In this document: positions 7,057 through 15,963 of the stretch, piece by piece | How positions within the stretch are numbered: position 1 is the first letter of the stretch | How the letters are laid out: each line of letters starts with the position of its first letter | Virus record (IMG/VR): IMGVR_UViG_3300022201_000002 | Coordinates: 1-39,908 of that record | Strand: one strand, 5' to 3' | Origin: a virus | Lineage: Duplodnaviria > Caudoviricetes | Length of the DNA: 39,908 bases | The notes under the pieces: model-generated | The model's input: only the letters and a program-made list of their open reading frames with translations | What the model was told of the DNA's origin: nothing | Databases searched by the model: none | Program-made: the position numbers and the translations under genes

Positions 7057-7085
7057 AATATAGGCCATGCGGCCTAAGATGTCGA
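7057..7085 (-). promoter_or_regulatory. sigma70-type promoter with embedded palindromic operator for the LPD29-XRE cassette
   Basis: On - strand TCGACA-17 bp-TATATT; palindrome TAGGCC-N4-GGCCTA at 7061-7076 covers the spacer. Confidence 0.7.
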
Positions 7086-7148
7086 GTGGAATGTGTGAAA
7101 AAGAGCAAAAAAATAACACAAGGATATCAACGGATTAGGATTAGTTAA

Positions 7149-7415
7149 ATGCCAAACCATGGAAAGGGCGGCAGAAAGCAGACAGAGAAGCCGTTCCGGG
7201 ACATGCTTGCGCTTGCCATTCAAGGCGCTGAGGGCAACATGGCTGACTTGCGCAGGATAGCGCAGCAATTGGTTGAAAAGGCCAAGGATGGCGATATCCA
7301 GGCGATTAAGGAAGTGGCCGATCGATTAGATGGCAAAGTGCCGCAAGGGAATGAGCACACCGGCAAGGATGGCGGGGCAGTGAAGCATGAGTTCAAAATC
7401 AAATTCGTTGACTGA
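7149..7415 (+). CDS. terS: Terminase small subunit (probable)
   Basis: L..IA..LV.KA..GDIQAIKEVADRLDGKVPQ..EHTGKDGG motif; coupled (TGATG) to TerL. Confidence 0.75.
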   Translation: MPNHGKGGRKQTEKPFRDMLALAIQGAEGNMADLRRIAQQLVEKAKDGDIQAIKEVADRLDGKVPQGNEHTGKDGGAVKHEFKIKFVD

Positions 7416-8800
7416 TGCTGCAATCAGATGAGATTGAACAGCCTAAAGCCCTAAAGCCTTTATGGAAGCCAGCCCGCTACAAGGGAGCATATGGTGGGCG
7501 TGGTGGTGCTAAGTCACATTTCTTCGCAGAGATGCTGGTGCTCAGATGTTGGAAAAAGCCGACACGAGCGGTTTGCATTCGTGAAGTGCAGCTAAGCCTG
7601 AAGGAATCGGTCAGGCAGCTTCTTATCGACAAGATCCAGAAATTCGATCTAGGGGATTTCTACACCGTTCTTGATGCCGAGATACGCGGGGAGAATGGTT
7701 CTCTTATCATTTTCAAGGGAATGCAGTCTTACAACGCTGAGACGATCAAATCCTTGGAAGGCTATGACATAGCATGGGTTGAGGAAGCCCAGACACTTTC
7801 GGCGCATTCATTGAAGCTGCTACGGCCGACAATTCGCGAACAAGGCTCTGAAATATGGTTTTCGTGGAATCCGCGCAATGATACGGATCCGGTGGATATG
7901 TTCTTTCGGGGGACATCGCCGCCGCCTAACTCGATTATCTGCAATGTCAACTGGAAGCAGAACCCATGGTTTCCCGATGTTCTCAGGGAGGAAATGGAAC
8001 ACGATCGGGCTGTTGATCCTGAGATGGCGGCGCATGTCTGGGATGGACAGTATGAGATTGTCACTGAGGGCGCATATTATGCCCGCCAGTTAGCGAGAGT
8101 AGAAGCGGCTGGTAGGATAGGTCACTTTCCTCATGATCCGTCTCTACCGGTTCACACGGCTTGGGATATCGGGGTTGATGACTACACGGCAATCTGGTTT
8201 TTGCAGGAAAACGGTCTACAGGTTCGAGCAATCGATTTCTATGAAGCGTCTGGTATCGGAATCCAGCAGATTGTGGAAGATTATCTGCCGGAGCTTCTAC
8301 CAGATAGGGATCAGGCGGCTTCAACGCTTCACGCTTTAGGGCGGGAGGCATATCGGTACGGTGAGCATTTCTTTCCACATGACGTAAAGGTGCGAGAATG
8401 GGGAGCGGGAGCGAAGTCAAGAGTGCAAACAGTTTATGCTCTAGGCTTGAAGAATCTGCGAGTAGGGGTAGCCGCAAAAGAGGGCGAGCGAGAGAATGCT
8501 GTCCGACGGCTACTACCGTTTATATATTTCAACATCGGAACAGAGAAGGACAGAGGTATCAATCTTGGGCTGTCTCATTTGAGGAAATATAAGCGCCGCT
8601 TCAATGAATCGATGGGCGTTTATATGGGGCCGCTCAAGGATGGTAACGATCACGCAGCCGATGCTTTGGGTGAGTTCGCCATAAACTGTCGTATCTCGGC
8701 ACCGAAGCCAAAGAAGCCAGAACCGCGCAAGCAAGGCCAGAGCCAGGTTGTTCTGCCTGGGCCGCCAGCACCACGATCAAAGACACGAATTCGGGTATAA
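7415..8800 (+). CDS. terL: Terminase large subunit, PBSX/Terminase_3 type
   Basis: Walker A YGGRGGAKSH, IKSLEG, Walker B AWVEEAQ, FSWNP, nuclease AWDIGVDD...DHAADA. Confidence 0.95.
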   Translation: MLQSDEIEQPKALKPLWKPARYKGAYGGRGGAKSHFFAEMLVLRCWKKPTRAVCIREVQLSLKESVRQLLIDKIQKFDLGDFYTVLDAEIRGENGSLIIFKGMQSYNAETIKSLEGYDIAWVEEAQTLSAHSLKLLRPTIREQGSEIWFSWNPRNDTDPVDMFFRGTSPPPNSIICNVNWKQNPWFPDVLREEMEHDRAVDPEMAAHVWDGQYEIVTEGAYYARQLARVEAAGRIGHFPHDPSLPVHTAWDIGVDDYTAIWFLQENGLQVRAIDFYEASGIGIQQIVEDYLPELLPDRDQAASTLHALGREAYRYGEHFFPHDVKVREWGAGAKSRVQTVYALGLKNLRVGVAAKEGERENAVRRLLPFIYFNIGTEKDRGINLGLSHLRKYKRRFNESMGVYMGPLKDGNDHAADALGEFAINCRISAPKPKKPEPRKQGQSQVVLPGPPAPRSKTRIRV

Positions 8801-8803
8801 TTA

Positions 8804-11164
8804 ATGGCATATGACGATCAACCACAGGAGGCACCGCTAGACGCTGCGTTAAGCAGCCGGGATTCCAAGCCGTGGCTTGATCTGATTGCGGATGCCGAAA
8901 AGTGCTTTCAATTCTATCAGGATAAATGCGATGGGATTGATAAGCTCTACGGTGATTTGAAGGAACTGGCAGAGGTATCCACGGAACGGGAGTTTCAAAT
9001 ATTCTGGGCCAATCTAGAGGTGCTCAAGCCTTCATTGTATGCCCGGCCGCCGGTTCCTGTGGTGATGCCACGTTTCAAGGACTACAAGGAATTACCACGA
9101 AAGGCTGCGGAATTGCTAGAGCGCAGCCTCATAACGTCCTTTGAGATTGAAGACATTGACGCGACAATGCGGCTGATCCGGGATGATGTGGCGATCGGGA
9201 GTCGTGGTGTACCATGGATGCGGTTGGATGATGAGAAGGGATTGAAGGTCAAATATGACCATCTGGATCGCAAGGATTTCCTGCATGATCCGGCTCGTAA
9301 ATGGAAGGAAGTGGATTGGGTTGCACGTCGGGCATGGTTAAACCGTGAACAGGCTGTCAAGCGCTTTGGTGAGGGCATATTGGAGGCGAATTTCACAGAG
9401 CAGGGCCTCGCTTATACAGAGGGCGAATCAAGCGAAAGCGATGGCCGGGATGATGACTACAAAGGGGAGAAAAAAACAGCAGTATGGGAAATCTGGCATA
9501 AATCACAGAACCGGGTGATTTGGGTTTCCAAGGGTGTCGAGACGATCTTGGATGATAAGGAACCGTTTCTGGAACTAGAGAATTTCTTTCCCTGCCCGAA
9601 GCCGGCTTATGGCACGCTACAGCAAGGTACACTGATACCGATACCGGATTTTCTGTATTATCGTGATCAGGTTGAGGAAATCAACGAATTGACGGCTCGT
9701 ATATCGGCGCTTTCGGAAGCGTTGAGAATGAAATTCTTTTATGCCAGTGGTTCGGAAGATGTAGCAGAGGCCATTGAAACGGCTATGCGACAGACAGATA
9801 ATACAGCTTTGGGCGTTCCGGTCTCGAATTTTGCAGCTATGGGCGGCGCGAATTTAAAAGATAGCATGGTGTGGATGCCGGTTGTCGAGGTCGCCCAGAC
9901 TATCGAGAATCTGATTTCTCTCAGACGACAGCTTATCGATGATATTTATCAGATCACCGGTCTTTCCGACATCATGCGCGGTGAGACCGATGCTCGTGAG
10001 ACATTGGGGGCGCAGCAACTCAAAAGCCAATATGGATCAATTCGGATTCGGGATCGACAAAACGAACTTGTCAGGATCGCTCGTGACATGACCCGCATGG
10101 CGGCGGAAATCATGGCGGAGAACTTTGATCCCAAGACGCTTCTGGACATGTCGCAAATCGATGATCTGCCTCAACAGGAACAGATCGACCAGCAGATTGC
10201 ACAAATTCAGCAACAGGTTGAACAGGCCGTCAACGATCCGCGTATCGTCCAGATGGCGCAACAGAACCCGCAGCAAGCCCAACAGATCCAGCAACAGGTA
10301 CAAGGGCAGATCCAACAATTAGAGCAGACCGTTACGCTGGAGAAGGTCATGGCCTTGCTGCGGGAACAGCGTATGCGACCGTTTGTGTTAGAAATCGAGA
10401 CGGATTCGACCATCCAGCCGGATGAAGACGCCGAAAAACAACGCACAAACGAGTTCATGACGGCTGTGGGAGGCTTTGTAGCGCAGGCTGGGCCGATTGT
10501 GCAGGCAGAGCCGGCAACAGGCCCATTCATAGCGGAAATGCTTAAATTCGTGGCTGCGAAGTACCGTGCTGGACGGGAGTTAGAAGGCACGATTGAGGAA
10601 TTCGCGGATTCCATCAAGGCAAAGGCCGGTCAGGCTACCCAAGCTGGACCGAGTCCTGAACAAATGGAAGCGCAACAGAAAGCGCAAGAAGCCCAGATCA
10701 AACAGCAGACGGATGCCGCTAAAACACAGATTGAATCTAAGATGTTGGAGATCAAAAAGGCAGAATTTGAACTGCAACAACAGCAGGCGGAATTCGAGCT
10801 TCTACAGGGCGAGCCGGACACGTCTCAGGCTGATTTGTTCAAGGAACAGAACGAGGCATCATTCAAACAGCAGCAATTACAACATGCCGAGGCTTTGGCT
10901 GAACAGAAGCGGCTTTTGGATGTACAGTTAGCAGAGATCAACGCTCGCAAGGATATTGCCTTGGCCCAAATGCAGCAAGCATCTGCTGTAAATGGCGAGG
11001 ATACTACGCCAGAACCAGCAGAAAACAGCGAAAACGAATTGGCGGCCATCCTGGCGGAATTGTCAGCCTTGACGGCACAGATTGGTATGAACATGCAGGC
11101 TCCGAAACGGGTTATTAGAGATGAAAATGACCAGGTTGTCGGGGTGGAACCGGTTCTTAACTAA
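8804..11164 (+). CDS. Portal protein with long Gln-rich coiled-coil C-terminus
   Basis: Follows TerL; IYQITGLSDIMRGETDARETLGAQQLK motif typical of podovirus (P22-like) portals; 786 aa. Confidence 0.88.
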   Translation: MAYDDQPQEAPLDAALSSRDSKPWLDLIADAEKCFQFYQDKCDGIDKLYGDLKELAEVSTEREFQIFWANLEVLKPSLYARPPVPVVMPRFKDYKELPRKAAELLERSLITSFEIEDIDATMRLIRDDVAIGSRGVPWMRLDDEKGLKVKYDHLDRKDFLHDPARKWKEVDWVARRAWLNREQAVKRFGEGILEANFTEQGLAYTEGESSESDGRDDDYKGEKKTAVWEIWHKSQNRVIWVSKGVETILDDKEPFLELENFFPCPKPAYGTLQQGTLIPIPDFLYYRDQVEEINELTARISALSEALRMKFFYASGSEDVAEAIETAMRQTDNTALGVPVSNFAAMGGANLKDSMVWMPVVEVAQTIENLISLRRQLIDDIYQITGLSDIMRGETDARETLGAQQLKSQYGSIRIRDRQNELVRIARDMTRMAAEIMAENFDPKTLLDMSQIDDLPQQEQIDQQIAQIQQQVEQAVNDPRIVQMAQQNPQQAQQIQQQVQGQIQQLEQTVTLEKVMALLREQRMRPFVLEIETDSTIQPDEDAEKQRTNEFMTAVGGFVAQAGPIVQAEPATGPFIAEMLKFVAAKYRAGRELEGTIEEFADSIKAKAGQATQAGPSPEQMEAQQKAQEAQIKQQTDAAKTQIESKMLEIKKAEFELQQQQAEFELLQGEPDTSQADLFKEQNEASFKQQQLQHAEALAEQKRLLDVQLAEINARKDIALAQMQQASAVNGEDTTPEPAENSENELAAILAELSALTAQIGMNMQAPKRVIRDENDQVVGVEPVLN

Positions 11165-13095
11165 TGGCTGCGACAGTAGCTTGGAATGGCTTTGGCAACG
11201 TCGCCACAGCCGATAGCACCACTGGTTGGACGGCTTTAAAGATATCTGGCACGGGTGGCGGGCCTACTGCGGCCGCTGCCGATGGTCAGATTGAAGGCAC
11301 CGGTGCCGTAACATGTGTTGTCAGCAGGCAGCGTGTGGCGCTTTATTTTGATATTGGTTCAGGTAACGAACTGGATTTCTCAGGCGGCGGCACTGAGGAA
11401 GGGGAAATGGTCTATATTTGGGCCAATTTCCTCGCCGCTGCCCTTTTGAACAATCAATCAGCCGGTGGATTTGGTGTTTTCCTTGAAAGTTCTACACCTT
11501 CAGCCTCGCAATATCATCTTTGGTATTTTTATGGTGCCGATAATTATGCTGGCGGCTGGAAACGGCTCGTTCTGGACCCGACAGAAACGGTGTCCGCCAG
11601 TTCTGGAACGGCTATCAGCCTATCCTCAGTGCGGTATTTTGGAGTGTTTGCTGATGTGGGAGCGACAACCGCGCGATTTGATAATCTGATCTGTGATGCG
11701 ATCGATGTCGGAACGGGTCTAACAGTAACAGGAACATCGACGACAGATGCATTGATTGCGGATTTAATCAGCAATGAAGCGACGAACCGATACGGCATTG
11801 TCACGGCGTTGAATGATTCAGAGACGGCTGTCGAGTTAGCTGGATCACTTGTCTTAGGGGATGTGACTGCCGCGACAAACTCAACGCTGACAGACATTGA
11901 TGCCAAGATATTTTTGGCTGAGCCGAAATATTATGATGGGACAAGCGTTACAACGTCAGTGCCGACGGATTATTTCTCAATAACGTGTGTTGGTGGTACG
12001 GGAACGAACGCCATCACGATCGGAAAAATTGTCGGCTCTGATGCTGGCCGGAATGGTTGGACAATAGTTGGCAACGATTCCTATGATTTGGCGATTGATC
12101 TGGATAATGGATCAGTCAATACATCTAAATGGTATGGGTGTAGCTTTGAGAAGGTGACGGGTACGTTTTCATGGGGAACGCAGACGACTAATCACGAAAT
12201 GTTCTCCTGTAATTTCTCAGGGTGTAACACATTTGATCCGGTCGGCGGTCCGAAGATCAGGAATTGTAATTTCACGACCGTTTATGATGATGGAACGGCC
12301 GACGCTTCAACACGAGCGGCATTGCTGTGGAATTCGTCGATCGACATTCAAAAATGCAATTTTCTGGCCAATTCGCATTCATCAAGCGACGTGGCACATG
12401 GTATCGAGCACACATCAATCCCAGGCGTAGCGACGGGTACGGCGACAAGTGCCGATGTAGGCACGCAGCTAACCGATACGGCGGCGTCATTCCTGACGAC
12501 GGCGGCAGTCAATGATGTGGTGTTCAATGAGACCGACGGTTCAACGGGTATTGTCTCTAGCGTTGATTCTAATACGCAGCTAACGCATTCCGCTTTAACG
12601 GGTGGAACAGAGGATGACTGGGATGTCTCTGATGCTTATTCGGTAACAACGCCAGTCACTTACACGGATTTGGTATTCTCCGGCAATGAGAAGGATGTAG
12701 AAAATTCCGCATCTGGCGGTGATGGGTTGGCCATTTCCAAGTCCGGAACGTCGAATCCATCAACATCAACAGGCCGCATTTTTTATCAGGGATCAGTATC
12801 GGTTCAATGGGAGGTTCTGGACGAAAGCGGGACGGCTATTCAAAGCGCATTGGTTTCTGCTTATCTGAGTGCTGACGATTCAGAAATCGTTAATACGACA
12901 ACGAATGCATCGGGGATTGTCTCGACATCATTTGCCGGCGCAACACCTGCCGATATTTATTACCGGATCAGAAAATCCAGCACTGGCGCGACCAAATACT
13001 TCAATGATTCTGCGATTGGAACGATCGAATCAGGAACGGGATTCAGCGTCACGCGCACATTGCGCGAAGACGATATTGCAGACCCGTCCATCTAG
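11164..13095 (+). CDS. Large Thr/Ser/Gly/Asp-rich beta-structured putative virion protein (sandwich N-domain, beta-helix-like middle, prealbumin-like C-domain)
   Basis: 643 aa, no signal peptide; CSF/CNF/CNF rungs; EVLDESGTAIQSALV...TTTNASG; TAATG-coupled to portal. Confidence 0.55.
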   Translation: MAATVAWNGFGNVATADSTTGWTALKISGTGGGPTAAAADGQIEGTGAVTCVVSRQRVALYFDIGSGNELDFSGGGTEEGEMVYIWANFLAAALLNNQSAGGFGVFLESSTPSASQYHLWYFYGADNYAGGWKRLVLDPTETVSASSGTAISLSSVRYFGVFADVGATTARFDNLICDAIDVGTGLTVTGTSTTDALIADLISNEATNRYGIVTALNDSETAVELAGSLVLGDVTAATNSTLTDIDAKIFLAEPKYYDGTSVTTSVPTDYFSITCVGGTGTNAITIGKIVGSDAGRNGWTIVGNDSYDLAIDLDNGSVNTSKWYGCSFEKVTGTFSWGTQTTNHEMFSCNFSGCNTFDPVGGPKIRNCNFTTVYDDGTADASTRAALLWNSSIDIQKCNFLANSHSSSDVAHGIEHTSIPGVATGTATSADVGTQLTDTAASFLTTAAVNDVVFNETDGSTGIVSSVDSNTQLTHSALTGGTEDDWDVSDAYSVTTPVTYTDLVFSGNEKDVENSASGGDGLAISKSGTSNPSTSTGRIFYQGSVSVQWEVLDESGTAIQSALVSAYLSADDSEIVNTTTNASGIVSTSFAGATPADIYYRIRKSSTGATKYFNDSAIGTIESGTGFSVTRTLREDDIADPSI

Positions 13096-13104
13096 GAGAA
13101 ATCG

Positions 13105-13278
13105 ATGGCTAAGCGAGGTCGTCCTAAAAAGGCGAGACCGGATGATTTGCAGGCCCTACAGCCGGGCGATTGTGTCTTTGTGTCCTATGAAGATGCGGAT
13201 GAAATGGAAAGCAAGCTGAAGGGCTTCAGGCGTCACAATACCGCGCATGGCGTCCGTTTTCGAAAGGTCGATAAATGA
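13105..13278 (+). CDS. Small protein with AT-hook-like N-terminus (57 aa, MAKRGRPKKARPDDLQALQPGDCVFV...), below ORF-track cutoff
   Basis: AGGAG RBS at 13094-13098; stop overlaps next ATG (ATGA). Confidence 0.75.
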   Translation: MAKRGRPKKARPDDLQALQPGDCVFVSYEDADEMESKLKGFRRHNTAHGVRFRKVDK

Positions 13279-15770
13279 GCACGACAATCCTTGGCGGTGA
13301 TTTCACTGTCTATTATCTCGATGAAAACCGCCAGAAGCGCATTGAATGGTCAGGCGCGGCTACGGGCACGCGTACTGCCAATGAACTTTATTCAGCCCTT
13401 GGAACATTGTTTGATACGGCAGCACAGGGCGATGATGCGTCGCCGATGTCGGCGGAAACGCCGGTCGAATATACCATTGGTATCATCGATCAGAACGATG
13501 CAGATCCATGGTATCTAGCTTTTGACGCCGCGCAGCATATCACTGGTGGTGCTATTCGCACGGCAGGTTGGACACATACTGACGGTTCGGCGACAGGTGT
13601 CATCATTGTCCCGGTCACATCGAATAATATCACCACATCTGAATATGGTCTTGATATTTCCGGTGCTACGACGGGTAATGGCACGCTTCTGGAAATTCTC
13701 AATCAAGGCGAGACGACGGAATATCTGGTTATCCGTCCTGACACCAATGCAGCCGGTGACAATTTCACGACTGATACACAAACGATCACCTGTAATGCGC
13801 TGACAGCTTCGCAGTCCGGTGCAACATCCAATACCGGTGAAATGATTTGGGCGAACCTTTACAATGTTACGCCGATTGATGCCGATACGCACGTTTATAT
13901 GTATCAGGGACTAGTTTCCGATGCTACGCGAGCACGCATTGAAGATGTCAATGATGTCACTCAAGATTGGTGGACTGAAGGTGCTTTTGACCGCCTGATC
14001 CGGATCAAGGATTATACATCGGCGACCCTAGCTACGATCGATGATGGATTTGTCACGGTTTTTGCTCGTAAGGGAAATACGCTTTACGATTCTTTCGAAC
14101 TGCAAACGTCCACGACTTCCGGTGGCCGCAATCCGGTCCCGTTGAGCGCATCTGCGGATGCGAACAATACGACGGGCTATCAATCGATCACGACGACGGC
14201 TGTTGCTACCGATGATTTCACAGTCGGTGACGAAATCGAAGGTGCCACATCCGGTGCACGGGCGATTATCACGCAAATTGACGGTTCCTCACCAACCTAC
14301 ACATTCCATTATTATCTGATCGGCGATCCGCAAACTACGTTCAATACGGCAGCTGAGACGGTAGCTAACAATGACGCGACCGGCTCCGCGACTAAAGACG
14401 GTATTGCGCCGGCTGCACAAGGCCCAGCCTTGGCGACATGGTTCACCAGTAATACAGCGCCAACGGCTACACACGGCAATACGACTTTTGACATTGATGA
14501 TGATGGAACGGCGGAGGGTTGGGGCATTACGATTGATTGTAATGCCAATCCGCTGTCTGAGGTTTATGAATGGACTAAATATGTCACTCGAAACGGGGAG
14601 ACTGGCACAACCCATACAGACGGGATTGAGGGTGAACAATATGTCGGTCCGACGGTCTATCTGACTTATACGGGATCAGTTACAGGCACGATTGGCGAAG
14701 GCAATGACGTCACGCAGGAAACATCCGGCGCGACCGGTATTGTGGTTTCACATGACACGACGTTGAAACAGATCCTTCTGAGGGATACCCGAGGGACATT
14801 CGCCACCCATGCAACGACGGAAACCCTGACAGACAACGATTCCGGTGGCACGGTTGAGATTGATGGTACTGCTGAAGCGTTCAATGCGGTCAAGTCAGCG
14901 CCATTCGGGAGCCTTGCCGGTGGCCGCTTCTTTGGTGCTCGCGGCGTGCTTCTTACGGATTATCTGGCGGCAGATGAAAATAACTTCCAGCTCATTGATT
15001 CTTCAGGAACAACCCGTCAACGGCAAATTGCAATTGCTCTATCGATTTCGAATTTGTCCGGGACAGATGAAACAGCGACGGATGATGATTATGCCGTCAT
15101 GCATCGCTTGACGGGGGCCGGCGGCGCAATTGATAAGACGGAATATTCGGCGGCTGGCGGTGAGGCTATTGGCGCGGCAACATTGACTGTCGATACGGCC
15201 ATAACAGCGGACACGCCAGGAAAGTCGGTTGGGGGCGTTCTTATGATCCGCGATGCCGATAACAATAACAAGGATTACCGCTTGCGCTTTAGCTCCTGGA
15301 CGGCATCGACGTTCACATTGGCAAATGTTGTAGTAGCGGCGGCTGACGCCGGCACGGATACCGATACGGTTGTAGAGGCGGGCGCTTTCACAAATGCCAA
15401 GCGCGGCGATTTATGGCTTAATACGACACGATCTAACGCAGTTTCGTATGTGACAGATGTTCCGGACGCCAATACGATCAACATTTCCCCGGCCATTTCG
15501 GGGCAGACCACGGGCGACGCTGGAGAATTGAACGCCTGTCCTATTGCTGTTAATACGGCAGATGATGTTTATGTGCCGCTAATCGATGAATATGCAACAT
15601 CGAGTACGGCAAGCGCATCGATTGTTTATGTGTCACCAATCAATTTCCGAGTGAAAGTCTCCAATACAAGGAATGCAACCAAAATCAAGCGATTTGTCAC
15701 CGATGACGCGACATCAGGAACAGATCGCAACGTTGCGACGATCCGTAACGAGGATACAATTCACACCTAA
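13275..15770 (+). CDS. Large acidic Thr-rich putative virion structural protein
   Basis: 831 aa; repeated G.TSGA.(A/G).(I/V) modules (FTVGDEIEGATSGARAII; GNDVTQETSGATGIVV). Confidence 0.55.
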   Translation: MSTTILGGDFTVYYLDENRQKRIEWSGAATGTRTANELYSALGTLFDTAAQGDDASPMSAETPVEYTIGIIDQNDADPWYLAFDAAQHITGGAIRTAGWTHTDGSATGVIIVPVTSNNITTSEYGLDISGATTGNGTLLEILNQGETTEYLVIRPDTNAAGDNFTTDTQTITCNALTASQSGATSNTGEMIWANLYNVTPIDADTHVYMYQGLVSDATRARIEDVNDVTQDWWTEGAFDRLIRIKDYTSATLATIDDGFVTVFARKGNTLYDSFELQTSTTSGGRNPVPLSASADANNTTGYQSITTTAVATDDFTVGDEIEGATSGARAIITQIDGSSPTYTFHYYLIGDPQTTFNTAAETVANNDATGSATKDGIAPAAQGPALATWFTSNTAPTATHGNTTFDIDDDGTAEGWGITIDCNANPLSEVYEWTKYVTRNGETGTTHTDGIEGEQYVGPTVYLTYTGSVTGTIGEGNDVTQETSGATGIVVSHDTTLKQILLRDTRGTFATHATTETLTDNDSGGTVEIDGTAEAFNAVKSAPFGSLAGGRFFGARGVLLTDYLAADENNFQLIDSSGTTRQRQIAIALSISNLSGTDETATDDDYAVMHRLTGAGGAIDKTEYSAAGGEAIGAATLTVDTAITADTPGKSVGGVLMIRDADNNNKDYRLRFSSWTASTFTLANVVVAAADAGTDTDTVVEAGAFTNAKRGDLWLNTTRSNAVSYVTDVPDANTINISPAISGQTTGDAGELNACPIAVNTADDVYVPLIDEYATSSTASASIVYVSPINFRVKVSNTRNATKIKRFVTDDATSGTDRNVATIRNEDTIHT

Positions 15771-15961
15771 TGTATACGATTAATGGTCTTCGACATGGCA
15801 TTGTGCGCTGCAAGCATAACATCAAATCGCTTGAGCAAGCTATTGAAAAAGAACATAACACTATTGCGGACTATAAAATTATGATTGATGATATAGAGCG
15901 GGCAGAAAAGGAGAAAGCGGAAGCTGAGGCCAATGTAACCGTTGAAATAGATGGCTGTTAA
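15770..15961 (+). CDS. Small coiled-coil hypothetical protein
   Basis: 63 aa, heptad-like; TAATG coupling. Confidence 0.7.
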   Translation: MYTINGLRHGIVRCKHNIKSLEQAIEKEHNTIADYKIMIDDIERAEKEKAEAEANVTVEIDGC

Positions 15962-15963
15962 TT

